Shown here: positions 37,852 through 46,614 of the stretch, piece after piece
Layout of the letters: each line of letters opens with the position of its first letter
Numbering within the stretch: the first letter of the stretch is position 1
Program-made: the position numbers and the translations under genes
The notes under the pieces: generated by a model
The model's database searches: none
Seen by the model: the letters and a program-made list of their open reading frames with translations, nothing else
Told to the model about the DNA's origin: nothing
Assembly: GCA_041665545.1 (NCBI GenBank)
Contig: JBAYIQ010000001.1
Span: 222,448 to 286,447 of the forward strand
Origin: Patescibacteria group bacterium
Lineage (GTDB): Bacteria > Patescibacteriota > Patescibacteriia > UBA1558 > GWA2-36-10
Direction: 5' to 3'
DNA: 64,000 nt

Positions 37852-38697
37852 CTAATTCTTACATTTTAATTCTTCGTTATAAGGATACTCTACTATTTCA
37901 CCATTGATTTCCAAAGCAACACTCTGTTTGTCTAAACAGACTTTGATGACTTGGCCACTGCCTAGCTTGGTTTTTATAATATCACCAATTTTTGGTGCCT
38001 GACCTTCGGCAAATCTATAATTTTCCTCTTCAAATCTCAAGCAACATTTCAGACGGCCACAGACACCGGTCAGACGATCAACTCCCCGGTGCATCAAATC
38101 TTGATTCTTGATGCAATCAGGATTGACCTTGCCAATTCGCGAAAGCCAAGCTTTGCAACACAAGGGCAAACCACAAGATCCCACATCACCACCAATTCTG
38201 GCGGCATCTCTGACGCCAATCTGCTGTAAGCGAATTTTTTCGTGAAAAGTAGCGGCCAAATCTTTGACCAAATCACGAAAATCAACTCTGGTGTTGGAAA
38301 TAAAATAAATGGTCAAATGGCTATTATCTAGCGACTCCGAAACATCAATCAGCTTCATTTCTTTGAGTTTGTGCTTTTGGCACAGTTCTTGAGCGATCTT
38401 CAAATATTGAGCATAATTAGCTTTATTTTCCTGGCTTTTTTCCAAATCATTTTTTCTAGCTTGTCTAGTTAGGGTTTTAAGATCACCGACGCTCTTTGCT
38501 TGAGCCACTTTTATTTTTTCTACTTCTGTTTCATTGCAATCCAAAAGTTCTGTCACTATACCCAAATCCCGGCCCAAAGCCGAGTCGGTTATTACTTGAT
38601 CATTGACCTTGACCTCATATCGTTGGTCTTCGCTAAATTCTGGCAAGAAAAAATATTCTTTTTCTAGCTTATGAAATTGTATTTTAGCTAACCTCAT
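37852..38697 (-). CDS. PSP1 C-terminal domain protein (RicT/YaaT-like)
   Basis: 281 aa with Cys-rich PSP1 signature CGLPLCCKAWL...CGRLKCCLRFE. Confidence 0.65.
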   Translation of the reverse strand: MRLAKIQFHKLEKEYFFLPEFSEDQRYEVKVNDQVITDSALGRDLGIVTELLDCNETEVEKIKVAQAKSVGDLKTLTRQARKNDLEKSQENKANYAQYLKIAQELCQKHKLKEMKLIDVSESLDNSHLTIYFISNTRVDFRDLVKDLAATFHEKIRLQQIGVRDAARIGGDVGSCGLPLCCKAWLSRIGKVNPDCIKNQDLMHRGVDRLTGVCGRLKCCLRFEEENYRFAEGQAPKIGDIIKTKLGSGQVIKVCLDKQSVALEINGEIVEYPYNEELKCKN

Positions 38698-38744
38698 TGT
38701 TTATATTAATAAGCAAAGTATGACAAATATTAGTAATAAAAACA

Positions 38745-38785
38745 AGGGTAAAAAAGAGGCCGGCACGCTGTGTCGCGCGCCGGCC
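38745..38785 (-). terminator. Rho-independent terminator of the GC-rich islet gene 38810-39316
   Basis: GC-rich hairpin ggccggc...gccggcc (38758-38785) followed on the minus strand by tctttttt. Confidence 0.5.
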
Positions 38786-38809
38786 GAGTAGTATTCGTCA
38801 AACCTCAAG

Positions 38810-39316
38810 TTATAATGCTCCCCACATGGAAAGCGTGTTCCTCTTGGGTGCTATCGGCTCATGCCCATTGATCCAACGTTTGCTGATCAGGATCGACAAT
38901 GGCCTAGCATCACGCCCATAAGGACGGATTGCCCAGACCGCCGTGGAATCTGTCACCTCACAATCGAAATAGATATCTCCCGGAAGTGGCTTTCTGTTGT
39001 TGGCCACTGCCGTCGCCCTATCTTCTAGATAGAACGATTCTCCGATAAAGGGGTTGTCCAGAGAAATCTCCGCCAGATAATGGATCGAGGTACCCGTCAC
39101 CTTGCCCACATCATACACACTGCAGGGCGGCTGGTTAGCGTTGGCGGCAAACCAGTCATCGGCCATGGCCTTGAGCTGCCAAGCATTGCGTATGCTGTGA
39201 CCTTCCATAATATTCAGCATTATCTCCTTGTCCGAAGCCTTATCGTGTTCCACGCGCGCTGCTACCGCGAAAAGGACAACCCCCACTGTCACTAGAATAC
39301 TTATTGATCTGTTCAT
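38810..39316 (-). CDS. Secreted hypothetical protein encoded in a GC-rich islet
   Basis: 168 aa with signal peptide MNRSISILVTVGVVLFAVAA. The gene and its flanks are markedly GC-rich relative to the surrounding genome, and it has its own promoter-like sequence and terminator. Confidence 0.5.
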   Translation of the reverse strand: MNRSISILVTVGVVLFAVAARVEHDKASDKEIMLNIMEGHSIRNAWQLKAMADDWFAANANQPPCSVYDVGKVTGTSIHYLAEISLDNPFIGESFYLEDRATAVANNRKPLPGDIYFDCEVTDSTAVWAIRPYGRDARPLSILISKRWINGHEPIAPKRNTLSMWGAL

Positions 39317-39423
39317 GACACGACATCCCTTCTAGTCCCTGGGGACTGCTTGAATACATGCTAAGAAGAACTCTTAATAAACTATTATTATCATAAGGTA
39401 ATATTAAAGTCAATTTTAAACAA

Positions 39424-39453
39424 ACAAAAAAACCACCCCGATAAATAGGGTGG
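39424..39453 (-). terminator. Rho-independent terminator for tsf
   Basis: Hairpin ccaccc-cgataaata-gggtgg followed on the minus strand by a T-run. Confidence 0.5.
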
Positions 39454-39462
39454 CTTTTTCTT

Positions 39463-40239
39463 TTATAACGAGAAGTAAAAAAATTTATCAATTTCCGCTT
39501 TGTTGGCTTGCAAATACTGTTCAATGGTCTGCTTGTCATCTTTGACATATGGCTGCCCGAGCAAGCACACTTCCGAATAAAATTTAGCAATTTTACCGGG
39601 CATAATCTTTTCCCACATGGCCTCTGGTTTGCCTTCGTTTTTCAATTGCTCAGTATAGATTTCTTTTTCTTTGGCCACTATTTCGGCGGGTACATCTTCC
39701 GGACGCAAATATTTTGGCGACATAGCGGCTGTATGCATGGCCACTTCTTTGGCAATTTCCGCTGTTCCTGATTGGAGAGTGACAACAGCGGCTACTTTGC
39801 GATTGGAATGCAAATAGCTACCCATGATATCGGCTTCAATTAAATCAAAATTAGCCAACTGCAAATTTTCACCGATTTTGACAATAAAATCATTTTGGAT
39901 TTTATCAGTCGCCCAAACTTGAAAATCATCCTTACCTCTTTTCAACAATTCTTGGGCTAGCTCTTGGACGCTATTTATAAAATCTTTATTTAGGGCCACA
40001 AAATCTGTTTCACAACCCAAACCAACGACCGCTAATTTTTTACCCTCAACAGCAAAAACAATAGCGCCTTCTTTGATCTGGCGTTCCGCTTTTTTGGCGG
40101 CAATTTTCTGCCCAGCTTTACGTAATATTTCCACGGCTTTGGTTTCATCACCATTGGCCTCGTTCAAAGCTTTGTTGATATCAGACATACCAGCGCCTGT
40201 GGCAAGGCGTATTTTTTTTACTAATTCTAAATTAGGCAT
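39463..40239 (-). CDS. tsf: Elongation factor Ts
   Basis: 258 aa. N-terminal UBA-like LVKKIRLATGAGMSDINKALNEANGD plus EF-Ts dimerisation core. Adjacent to rpsB. Confidence 0.9.
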   Translation of the reverse strand: MPNLELVKKIRLATGAGMSDINKALNEANGDETKAVEILRKAGQKIAAKKAERQIKEGAIVFAVEGKKLAVVGLGCETDFVALNKDFINSVQELAQELLKRGKDDFQVWATDKIQNDFIVKIGENLQLANFDLIEADIMGSYLHSNRKVAAVVTLQSGTAEIAKEVAMHTAAMSPKYLRPEDVPAEIVAKEKEIYTEQLKNEGKPEAMWEKIMPGKIAKFYSEVCLLGQPYVKDDKQTIEQYLQANKAEIDKFFYFSL

Positions 40240-40305
40240 AGTTTTATTTTAGTTAAAAGTTAAAAGTATAAAGTTTGTTACTTTAAACTTTTGACTTGCT
40301 ACTTT

Positions 40306-40995
40306 TTACTTAGTTACTCTGGCCTCTTTGATGGTCTCAGCTAGCAAATTAGTAATTACTTCAATGGATTTTATGGCATCATCATTGGCTGGTATGGCAT
40401 AAGTCACCAACTCAGGATTGACATTGGTATCAGTCATGGCAATGATAGGAATATTCATTTTGCGAGCTTCACTGACCGCGGTTTTTTCTTTGCGAATATC
40501 TACCACAAAAATAGCTTGTGGCAAGCGCTTCATGCTTTTGATACCACCGACATTGTCGTTCAGCTTGTTGAGCTCTTTGCGAAAATTAACCTGTTCTTTT
40601 TTGGTATAAAGCTCCCAAGCTCCATCACTCTCGTCTTTTTCCATTTTTTCCAGCTTGCGAGTCAATTTCACAATATTTTCAAAATTGGTAAAAGTACCAC
40701 CCAACCAACGACCAATAATATATGGCGATTGGCAGGCATCAGCGGCCGCTTTTATAATATCACGAGCTTGCTTCTTTGAGCCGATAAATAAAATCTGGCC
40801 ATTGCTTTTGATAATTTTTTCTACAAACTCAAAAGCTACAGGCAGGGCCTCGACTGTTTTTTGCAGATCAATGATGTGTACGCCATTTCTATCGGTGTGG
40901 ATATAGCGACTAGCTTTGGGATGGCGCTTAGAAGTTCTATGCCCAAAGTGCACACCTTTCTTCAATAATTCCTCTAAAGTGGGAATTTTAATCAT
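40306..40995 (-). CDS. rpsB: 30S ribosomal protein S2
   Basis: Starts at the internal Met MIKIPTLEELLKKGVHFGHRTSKRHPK, with AAGGA 7 nt upstream. The longer track ORF has an unconserved N-terminal extension. Confidence 0.9.
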   Translation of the reverse strand: MIKIPTLEELLKKGVHFGHRTSKRHPKASRYIHTDRNGVHIIDLQKTVEALPVAFEFVEKIIKSNGQILFIGSKKQARDIIKAAADACQSPYIIGRWLGGTFTNFENIVKLTRKLEKMEKDESDGAWELYTKKEQVNFRKELNKLNDNVGGIKSMKRLPQAIFVVDIRKEKTAVSEARKMNIPIIAMTDTNVNPELVTYAIPANDDAIKSIEVITNLLAETIKEARVTK

Positions 40996-41289
40996 ATGTT
41001 TCTTTTCCTTTCTTGCCTCTTTAAAGTCAAAGACTAGAGACATTACCCGTATTTTGCGACCCAAGTGCCTCATAGATGAGGAAGGATGCTTGAGTTTTGT
41101 AGCAAAATACTTGTGATTAATAAATAAAATTAGGTAAATAAACCTAAGTGCCAATATATTAGCACAAAAGTTTATATTTGGCAAGGACAGTGGCCTGAGT
41201 AGCTAAACTTGACCTATTGATTGCTTTATGCTATTATTTCCGAGCATTTATTAGAAAAACTCCCACATTTTATTGGGGAAAAAATTTAT

Positions 41290-41661
41290 ATGAAAAAAGA
41301 CATACACCCAACTTATTACTCTGATGCCAAAATTATTTGCGCTTGTGGCAACATCATGACCACTGGATCTACCCTCAAGGAAATCCATGTAGAAATTTGT
41401 TCTGCTTGCCATCCTTTTTATACTGGCAAAGAAAAACTCATTGATACTGCTGGCCGTGTGGACAGATTCAAAAAAATGAGAGAATTGCAAAAAACTGTTG
41501 GTGCCACCCGCCGTGGTCGTACTATCAAGCGCCAAGCTTCCACTACTAAAAAGCTGGAAAAAGAACGCGCCAAGGCCAAAGCCGAGATGAACGCTCCAGA
41601 AGTCAAAGTCAAAAAAGTTGTGGCCAAAAAAACTATTACTAAAAAAGCTACAAAAAAATAG
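41290..41661 (+). CDS. rpmE: 50S ribosomal protein L31 with a Lys-rich C-terminal extension
   Basis: [10 protein letters not shown] with CxxC...CxxCHPFYTG zinc-ribbon motifs, starting at ATG 41290 inside the longer track ORF. Confidence 0.85.
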   Translation: MKKDIHPTYYSDAKIICACGNIMTTGSTLKEIHVEICSACHPFYTGKEKLIDTAGRVDRFKKMRELQKTVGATRRGRTIKRQASTTKKLEKERAKAKAEMNAPEVKVKKVVAKKTITKKATKK

Positions 41662-41773
41662 CTATATTTAGATAAACAAAAAACTCTTTTTTTAATAGGA
41701 GTTTTTTTGTTAGGTGAAAAAGGGTATAATTAAAAAGTAATCCCACCCTTAGAAAAGCATTAAAATGACATGC

Positions 41774-41884
41774 CGTCATCCCGCACTCCCGCCCGACACG
41801 CCTGACGGCAGTCATGGCGGGCGGGTGTTGCGGGATCTAACTAGAAATATATAAATACTAGATTCCCGCCTGCGCGGGAATGAC
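41774..41884 (-). repeat. MITE-like inverted-repeat element, copy 1 (reverse orientation, with a GC-rich insertion)
   Basis: Its reverse complement matches copies 2 and 3: gtcattcc(c/t)gcgcaggc(g/a)ggaatcta ... agatc(c/t)cgcaa ... tgcgggatgacg. Copy 1 carries an extra nested GC hairpin, cccgcccg...cgggcggg. Confidence 0.7.
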
Positions 41885-41911
41885 AGATAAATAAAAAGAT
41901 TGTAAAAAACT

Positions 41912-42967
41912 ATGGAATTAAACATTACAAAATTACAACAAGACCTAAAAGACCTGGAAACACAAATGCAGTTACCAGAAATTTTGACGGACAACAAAAA
42001 AATTACCGAACTTGGTAAAAAATACAGCGAAACCAAGTACACTTTTGATTTGCTTGAAAAAATCGAAAAAAATAAAAGCGATTTGGCTAGTTTACAGGCC
42101 TCAATGTCCCAAGAAAGCGATGAGGAAATGCTAGTCATGACTCACGAGGAAATTGACCAGCTAAAAACTCAATTAGACAAAGACCTGTTTGAGCTAGAAG
42201 AAATCGTTCATCCTCTTGATCCTCGCGACAAAAAAAGCGTTATTCTGGAAATCCGCGCTGGCACGGGCGGCGATGAATCAGCGCTTTTTGCCTCGGAGCT
42301 TTACCGCATGTACTCCCGCTTTGCGGAAAAAATGGGCTGGAAAGTAAAAATTCTATCCCAAAACCGCACGGGTTTGGGTGGCTTCAAAGAAATAATTGCC
42401 GAAATCGTTGGTGATAATGTCTACAAATATTTAAAATTTGAAAGTGGCGTGCATCGCGTGCAACGCGTACCAGAAACCGAAAAAGCTGGCCGAGTGCATA
42501 CTTCAGCGGCTACGGTGGCGGTCATGCCCGAAGCCGAAGAAGTTGATCTAGTGATTGAAGCCAAAGATATTCGTATTGATACTTTTTGCGCCTCTGGACA
42601 TGGCGGACAATCAGTCAATACTACCAAATCAGCCGTGCGCATAACGCATCTACCCACTGGTACAGTAGTTTCTTGCCAAGATGAAAAATCCCAAGGCCAA
42701 AACAAAGAAAAAGCCATGGCTATTTTGCGTTCGAGAATATTGGATAAAATGGAAGAAGATCAGCACCAAAAATTGGCTCAAGATAGAAAAAGTCAAGTTG
42801 GCTCAGGCGATCGTAGTGAAAAAATACGCACTTACAACTTTCCCCAAGACCGCTTGACTGACCACCGCATCAAACTGACCCTCCACAATTTGGCCATCAT
42901 CTTGGATGGCGAGCTACTGCCCATCATCATGCCTCTCCAGCAAGCCGCTAGAAGCCAAAAAAATTAA
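41912..42967 (+). CDS. prfA: Peptide chain release factor 1
   Basis: 351 aa with GGQ motif [11 protein letters not shown] and RF1-type PET/RVHTS region. Confidence 0.9.
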   Translation: MELNITKLQQDLKDLETQMQLPEILTDNKKITELGKKYSETKYTFDLLEKIEKNKSDLASLQASMSQESDEEMLVMTHEEIDQLKTQLDKDLFELEEIVHPLDPRDKKSVILEIRAGTGGDESALFASELYRMYSRFAEKMGWKVKILSQNRTGLGGFKEIIAEIVGDNVYKYLKFESGVHRVQRVPETEKAGRVHTSAATVAVMPEAEEVDLVIEAKDIRIDTFCASGHGGQSVNTTKSAVRITHLPTGTVVSCQDEKSQGQNKEKAMAILRSRILDKMEEDQHQKLAQDRKSQVGSGDRSEKIRTYNFPQDRLTDHRIKLTLHNLAIILDGELLPIIMPLQQAARSQKN

Positions 42968-42993
42968 AATACAAATTTTATAGGAAGTAAATC

Positions 42994-43824
42994 ATGACTA
43001 TAAAAAATATCTGCCAAGACGCTCAAAAATCATATCCCCAGCTCCCCCTTGGGGATATTGAATTATTGCTGGCTGAAAGTCTACACCGCTCGCTAAATTA
43101 TCTTTACAAAAATCCCGAAAAAATATTGAGCCGCTCAAATCAGACTACTTTTTGGCGTTTGCTAGAACGCCGTAAAAAAAAATTTAGCATTGCCTATCTG
43201 ACTAGAGCCCGAGCTTTTTTTGGCTTGGATTTCTATGTTTCTAGCCATGTCTTAGTGCCCCGCCCCGAAAGTGAACTATTGGTGGAAGAAGGTCTAAAAT
43301 ATCTGAAAAATAAAAAAAACCCAAACATAATTGACGTGGGTACTGGCTCTGGCTGCCTGATCATCTCTCTAGCCAAAAATTATCAGTCATCATCCTTATT
43401 TTATGCTGTGGATAATTCTGGTCGGGCTCTCAAAGTAGCTAAAACTAACGCTAGAAAACATGACCTAAAAAGCCAAATCAACTTCCTAAAATCCAATTTA
43501 TTAAATAAAGTGGGAAAAAATAAATTTGATCTTATTTTAGCTAATTTACCATATCTGACTAAAAAACAATTACAAGAACCGAGTATAAAAAAAGAACCGC
43601 TCCGTGCTCTCTATGGTGGCTCTGATGGTCTGTCTTTTTATAAAACTCTACTCAAACAAATACCTAGCTATTTAAATAAAAAATATTTAGTATTATTAGA
43701 AATTGACCCTCAACAAGAACTCACTATCCAAAAAATATCTAAGCAATATTTACCAAAAGCCAAGTTAGAAATTATCAGAGACTTAAACAAGCAAGCTCGT
43801 GTATTAAAAATAGAAAATAATTAA
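42994..43824 (+). CDS. prmC: Release factor glutamine N5-methyltransferase
   Basis: 276 aa with SAM-binding VGTGSGC and NLPY (NPPY-like) motif. Directly downstream of prfA. Confidence 0.8.
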   Translation: MTIKNICQDAQKSYPQLPLGDIELLLAESLHRSLNYLYKNPEKILSRSNQTTFWRLLERRKKKFSIAYLTRARAFFGLDFYVSSHVLVPRPESELLVEEGLKYLKNKKNPNIIDVGTGSGCLIISLAKNYQSSSLFYAVDNSGRALKVAKTNARKHDLKSQINFLKSNLLNKVGKNKFDLILANLPYLTKKQLQEPSIKKEPLRALYGGSDGLSFYKTLLKQIPSYLNKKYLVLLEIDPQQELTIQKISKQYLPKAKLEIIRDLNKQARVLKIENN

Positions 43825-43908
43825 AACCCCCACGCGCCGAAGCGAATGGGGGCTTTGAAAAGGATCTAGTCAGACCGGTGAACCAGACAATGTCTCATCG
43901 GCACAACT

Positions 43909-44220
43909 CTAGATTCTTGTTGAGCCATCACCGACAAGACCGTCGCCTGACGAACCGTGCTCGACCTCGTCTACAATGGGCTGTTCGGCGGTAGCGACTT
44001 CGGGAGCCCTCAGTGGCATATCCAGAAATGGCTCGACACGCTGATGCAACTTGAAGGCATCCGGCTCGCTAGCTGCCAGAACGATAACCTTCCTGAATAG
44101 ATCTCTGGCAGTGCCCATATTACGCGCCAAGTTGCGTATGTTGAGCCCACCCTGCAGACCGCTGTCAAGAGAGCTACTGAAGAGACTAATCAGAAATGCA
44201 CGCTCATCTGAGTCTAGCAT
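43909..44220 (-). CDS. Hypothetical protein in a GC-rich islet
   Basis: 104 aa from ATG at 44220 (MLDSDERAFLISLF...) with GGAGGGAGG 6 nt upstream. Local GC is far above the genome background. Confidence 0.4.
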   Translation of the reverse strand: MLDSDERAFLISLFSSSLDSGLQGGLNIRNLARNMGTARDLFRKVIVLAASEPDAFKLHQRVEPFLDMPLRAPEVATAEQPIVDEVEHGSSGDGLVGDGSTRI

Positions 44221-44390
44221 CTTACACCTCCCTCCAAACACGGGTTAATGTACAATAGATTCAAGCCCATCTTACAATATCAATCAAATTTGTCAACAAA
44301 AAAAGCCAAAATACTGGGCTAGGCAAAATAAAAACCCAGTGCTAATATAATACAATTGGGAAAAATCGGGTACGAAAGGAGGTGCACCCG

Positions 44391-44597
44391 ATGCCTAGCA
44401 TGACCAAGTATGTTGTCTTCACTGGCCACAACCCCGCCGTTCCTTTTCCGCACTTCGAGCTCCGGATCGAGAGTCTCTCTGTCGACGATGTCGTGGAGTG
44501 CAGACACGACCAGCAGGTGTTCCACTTCCGTGTCACCGAGATCGACAGCTGGTTGATGACTGCCAAAGCCGTTCTGCACGCCAAGGGCGCAACCTGA
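44391..44597 (+). CDS. Small hypothetical protein in a GC-rich islet
   Basis: 68 aa (MPSMTKYVVFTGHNPAVPF...) with AAGGAGG 9 nt upstream of ATG 44391. Divergent from 43909-44220. Confidence 0.4.
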   Translation: MPSMTKYVVFTGHNPAVPFPHFELRIESLSVDDVVECRHDQQVFHFRVTEIDSWLMTAKAVLHAKGAT

Positions 44598-44617
44598 AAC
44601 GGAGCCCGAACCGAAAA

Positions 44618-44672
44618 CCGCCCTGTACCAGTCGCCACTTGTGTGGCTCCGGTACAGGGCGGGTATTTTTTT
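44618..44672 (+). terminator. Rho-independent terminator, possibly bidirectional
   Basis: Stem ccgccctgtacc/ggtacagggcgg with an inner stem gccac/gtggc, followed by tattttttt. A-runs lie on the other side. Confidence 0.55.
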
Positions 44673-45723
44673 ACTTAATTTCTAACTTATTTTCATCATC
44701 AATAATCTGCACCCAAGTATGTCCGGGCAATAAATTCAATTCCTCAGTGCCCTGCTCATTAAAAAATCTAGTGCGATTGTTGATGTATTTCCACTGACCA
44801 CTTTGCTGACCCAAGGCATTGAAAATCCAAACTTTACCACTTTTTTGGGTATCCATTGAACGGCGCTCAATGTCTATCAATTTAGCAGACACTACTTGAA
44901 CTACGACATTGGTAGCTTGGGCTTGGTCGCCAGTATCAAAATCAAACTTAGCGTCATTCTGCCAGCGCTGATATTGCTGTAAGACATTATTGAAGCGCCA
45001 ATTGACTTTGTAATAATCATCGGAATATTTTATCAGCAACTCTGGTTTTTGACTGTCATTGACTTCTGGGGCATCAACAAAATGCCACAAAATATTCACA
45101 CTGGAAATAGCGTTTTGGGACTTTACTTCTTTGATTTCACCGACCCGCAACCAATTGGTAGCCGACGTAAAAACATTGGACGGACTTTTTAGTTTCTGGT
45201 CACGCCAAAAATATATTTCACCAGCGCCAATCTGGTCAATATTGGTAAAATTATAATCTTTGATGCTGGCTATAGCTTGGGGACTGCCACCAACGTGCAT
45301 ATACACTCCCCCGTACTCCTCGGCCCAATCCATAAAATATGGCCGAGCTGAGCGCACTGGCCCAACTTTTTCTACTGATTCATTTTTATCAAAAATAGCC
45401 AGTAATCGAGTGATATTACTTTCGGCTAAGGCCTCATAAATAATGCCCGCCTTGGCTAGTCCGGCTTGGGGTCGGATATTATACGAATTATCTATCATAA
45501 TAGCCACTGGAAAATACGACCAATTTTCGTTATTGACCTTTTCACCAGTCAAAGGATGGCGCCAAATATTGGTTGTTGAGCTGGCATTTTCCAAACTAGT
45601 TTGATCGGCAACCGAGTGTCTACGCGAACCAAAAAATAAACTCCAAAAACCAACGATAATCAAAATAACTGCCAAACCAATGACAGTTATTGCCAAATAA
45701 ATTTTTCTTTGGCGATTGAGCAT
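44671..45723 (-). CDS. Membrane-anchored hypothetical protein (possibly DUF3048/YerB-like)
   Basis: 350 aa with N-terminal TM LAITVIGLAVILIIVGFWSLFF and a large extracytoplasmic domain. Confidence 0.45.
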   Translation of the reverse strand: MLNRQRKIYLAITVIGLAVILIIVGFWSLFFGSRRHSVADQTSLENASSTTNIWRHPLTGEKVNNENWSYFPVAIMIDNSYNIRPQAGLAKAGIIYEALAESNITRLLAIFDKNESVEKVGPVRSARPYFMDWAEEYGGVYMHVGGSPQAIASIKDYNFTNIDQIGAGEIYFWRDQKLKSPSNVFTSATNWLRVGEIKEVKSQNAISSVNILWHFVDAPEVNDSQKPELLIKYSDDYYKVNWRFNNVLQQYQRWQNDAKFDFDTGDQAQATNVVVQVVSAKLIDIERRSMDTQKSGKVWIFNALGQQSGQWKYINNRTRFFNEQGTEELNLLPGHTWVQIIDDENKLEIK

Positions 45724-45871
45724 GGGTTATTTTTTGCCACCCACAGGGTGGCCGCCCTGTGGGCGGTAAAACTGGCGATAGCATTTCAATCGCTTCTCCA
45801 CCAGCTGTCTGATAATTTTTTTATAGTAATCTATTTCGACTGCCGTATTCTTGATGGACAGCAAGCCCCAG

Positions 45872-46531
45872 CTATTTTTTGTCTGCCGCTGGAGCATCGG
45901 TCGCGGATTTTTCACCTTCAACAGCTGGCACTTCTGCTCCGGCCACAGGTGCAGCCGCTTCAGTCACAACTTCTTTACGAGGTACCACTACATCAATAAC
46001 CTTATCTTGAATACTATCTAATATCTTAACATTTTTAGCCACTGATAAATGATCAACTGTAATGTCACTACCAATATTTACTAACTCACTCAAATTTACT
46101 TCTATAAAAGCTGGCAAGTCCTGAGGCAAGCAACGAACTTTGACAGACTGTTTTTTTATTTCCAACTTACCACCTTGCTCACGAACTGCTTTGGAGGTAC
46201 CACTGAATTTCAAAGGCACGATAGTGGTCACTTCTTGTTTTTGGTCAACAGCCAAAAAATCAACATGAATCAATTTGTCGCTGACTGGATCTTTCTGAAA
46301 TTCACGCAAAATCACGGGGATATTTTTTCCCGACAAATCTAAATTAATCACTTGGCTAGTACCGGCCGTATTAATTATTTTTACGATGGTGTTGTAATCA
46401 GCGCTAATCAATAATGATTCAGCTTTCAAACCATAAATTGCGCCAGGAACCTGGCTATTTTTTCTAATAAAAGATAAGAGACTGGCTTTGCCTTTTTCTC
46501 TGGCGCTTACTGTTAACTTGAGTTCTGACAT
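45872..46531 (-). CDS. rplY: 50S ribosomal protein L25 / general stress protein Ctc form
   Basis: 219 aa. N-terminus LKLTVSAREKGKASLLSFIRKNSQVPGAIYG matches the L25 fold, with an acidic C-terminal tail. Confidence 0.75.
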   Translation of the reverse strand: MSELKLTVSAREKGKASLLSFIRKNSQVPGAIYGLKAESLLISADYNTIVKIINTAGTSQVINLDLSGKNIPVILREFQKDPVSDKLIHVDFLAVDQKQEVTTIVPLKFSGTSKAVREQGGKLEIKKQSVKVRCLPQDLPAFIEVNLSELVNIGSDITVDHLSVAKNVKILDSIQDKVIDVVVPRKEVVTEAAAPVAGAEVPAVEGEKSATDAPAADKK

Positions 46532-46614
46532 AAATTTTTGTCTTACGAATAAATATAATGGTACTATTTAATCATAATGCCTATAAAAAGTCAACCCCAA
46601 TGAATAGTCCGACA

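Noticed and set aside
40306-41184. Longer 292 aa version of rpsB starting at 41184
   Set aside because: The N-terminal 63 residues are not S2-like. A canonical AAGGA RBS precedes the internal Met that starts the conserved MIKIPTLEELL S2 N-terminus.
41221-41289. Upstream extension of rpmE ([13 protein letters not shown]...)
   Set aside because: L31 universally begins near MKKDIHP. The extension has no support and overlaps the promoter region.
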